Origin: Mobula hypostoma
Lineage: Eukaryota
Reading direction: 5' to 3'
DNA length: 64,000 nucleotides
NCBI RefSeq assembly: GCF_963921235.1
Contig: NC_086097.1
Location: forward strand, 180,670,001 to 180,734,000
This document shows, one piece after another, positions 62,355 through 64,000 of the stretch (position 1 is its first letter; each line of letters begins with the position of its first letter). Both the position numbers and the translations under genes were made by a program. The notes under the pieces are model-generated. The model saw only the letters and a program-made list of their open reading frames with translations, did no database searches and was not told the DNA's origin.

Positions 62355-64000
62355 TATCTGTACGAATAAGATCACCCCTTATTTTTCTTATATCCAAGGA
62401 ATACAGATCTGAACTAGTTAGTCTCTCTTGGCAGGACAATCTTCTCATGCCAGGAACTAGCCTCCAAAACTACTATATCTGTTCTTAGGCAAGGGACCCA
62501 AACTGCATTAAATATATCATGTGTGGCCTCGCTAACGTCCTGTACACACGGAACAATACCTCCTTGTGCTTAAATTCTAACTCCTTTGCAGTACACCATT
62601 TCCCCTTTTAGCTGTTTGCTGTACTGCTGTGTGTTTGGGAAGGGGAACAATGGGAATATGGATCATTAGAAGTTGGAAAACTTAAATTTCAGGATGTCTC
62701 AGATTCACCTTTAACCTATGCCCTCTACATTTAAACACCCCTATCCTGGGATAGATTCTGGCTACCTACCCTATCCATGCCTCTCAGAATGTCATAAACC
62801 TGCCCCTATTTGTCACCTTTCAACCTGCCTCACTCACAGACCCAGCCTATAAAATCTCTCCAACTCAGACCTACCAATCCAGGCAACATGCTTGTGAATC
62901 TTTTCTACAATTTCCCTCTTCAGTTTAATTATAACCTCCCTGTGTGTGCTGATCAGAACTGCACTTCCTACTCCAAGTGTGGCCTATCAATGATTTGTAC
63001 AGCTGTAATACAACACCCAATACTCGATACCACCACCAATGAAGGCAAGCATGTTTTATGCCTTTCTTGGTATTTTGGCTTTCAGGGAACTATGTACCTG
63101 TGTCCCCAAGTTTCTCTGTTCTACATTACTCCCCATGGCCCTGTCATTCACCGTATCTCTTGCCCTGGTTTAACTTCCCAAGATACATTACTTCGTACTT
63201 GTCTGAGTTAAGTTCTATCACCTATTTCCTTGCCCTCTTTCCTAGTTAACATATATCCTGTTGTGACAACCTCCACTGTCCACAATACCACCAATTTTGG
63301 AGTCATCTGCTAACTTACGAATCATTCCATTAATATTCTCATTCATATCATTGATTTGATGATGAAAGATCCAACAGCAACCCTTGAAGAAACAGAACCT
63401 GCTGCCACCAACTAGTTGAGCCCATCCAAGGGTGCTGTCTACTTCACCCTTGACCATGAATGCCCTCAGAAATGGTTGAACAAGCCACAAGGCTCCAGAG
63501 TATATTGTTACAATAAACTACCCTTAAATACTGATCTCCCTTTTCATACTGAGCAACAACCCGAGCCCCTCCAGTTTTTCCCTCCCACAGTGACTTCAAG
63601 CATCAGATAAATTCTCTAGCAACAAACAAGATGCTGAAGGGACCCAGTGGGGGGAGTGTGTGGATATTAGGCAGATGGAGTGGGTGCAGGTTGGGAAGGA
63701 GGCAGGATGGATGGTGTGGGTGGAACTGGGTAAATCATGAGTGTGAGAAAGGGGTGGGAGGGTAAGCAGGCTAACCTGAAATTGAAGAATTACCTCACCC
63801 TGGCAGTGGAGGAAGCTGAGGACAGATCTGCCTTAAATTATTCTGACATCCAGTCTGGCAGTGGCAGAGCAAACATGTGTCATCAGATATTTGAGACCAA
63901 ATCTGCTCCTTCAACCCCTCAGCCACCTCCTGCATGTCCATCCTTCTGGGCACCTGAAACCTAACCCATACGTACCTGTACCTGGCATCATTCTGTCCTG

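Overview
Vertebrate genomic DNA, very repeat-rich. The mix of CR1, Rex1/Babar, Penelope, Tc1 and Tigger elements suggests a cartilaginous fish, probably a ray (inference). The only recognisable host gene is a complete plus-strand SMARCD3 (BAF60c). I traced 13 GT-AG coding exons by hand from ATG 13704 to TAG 51590 (1431 nt, 476 aa). There is also a candidate upstream first exon encoding only MERK (3566-3577) and a likely poly(A) signal at 53070. Introns and flanks are mostly decayed and nested mobile elements. The most interesting items are: an ORF1-only L1 bounded by a target-site duplication (TSD); Penelope-type minimal hammerhead ribozyme motifs; an 83-copy 18-bp minisatellite born inside a CR1; an internally deleted Rex/Babar LINE; a hAT element with a 6-bp TSD; a ~70-bp hAT MITE in the 3' UTR; and a possible spliced antisense transcript. 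I found no convincing wholly new biological system. All identifications come from reading the sequence and recalled family motifs, not database searches.
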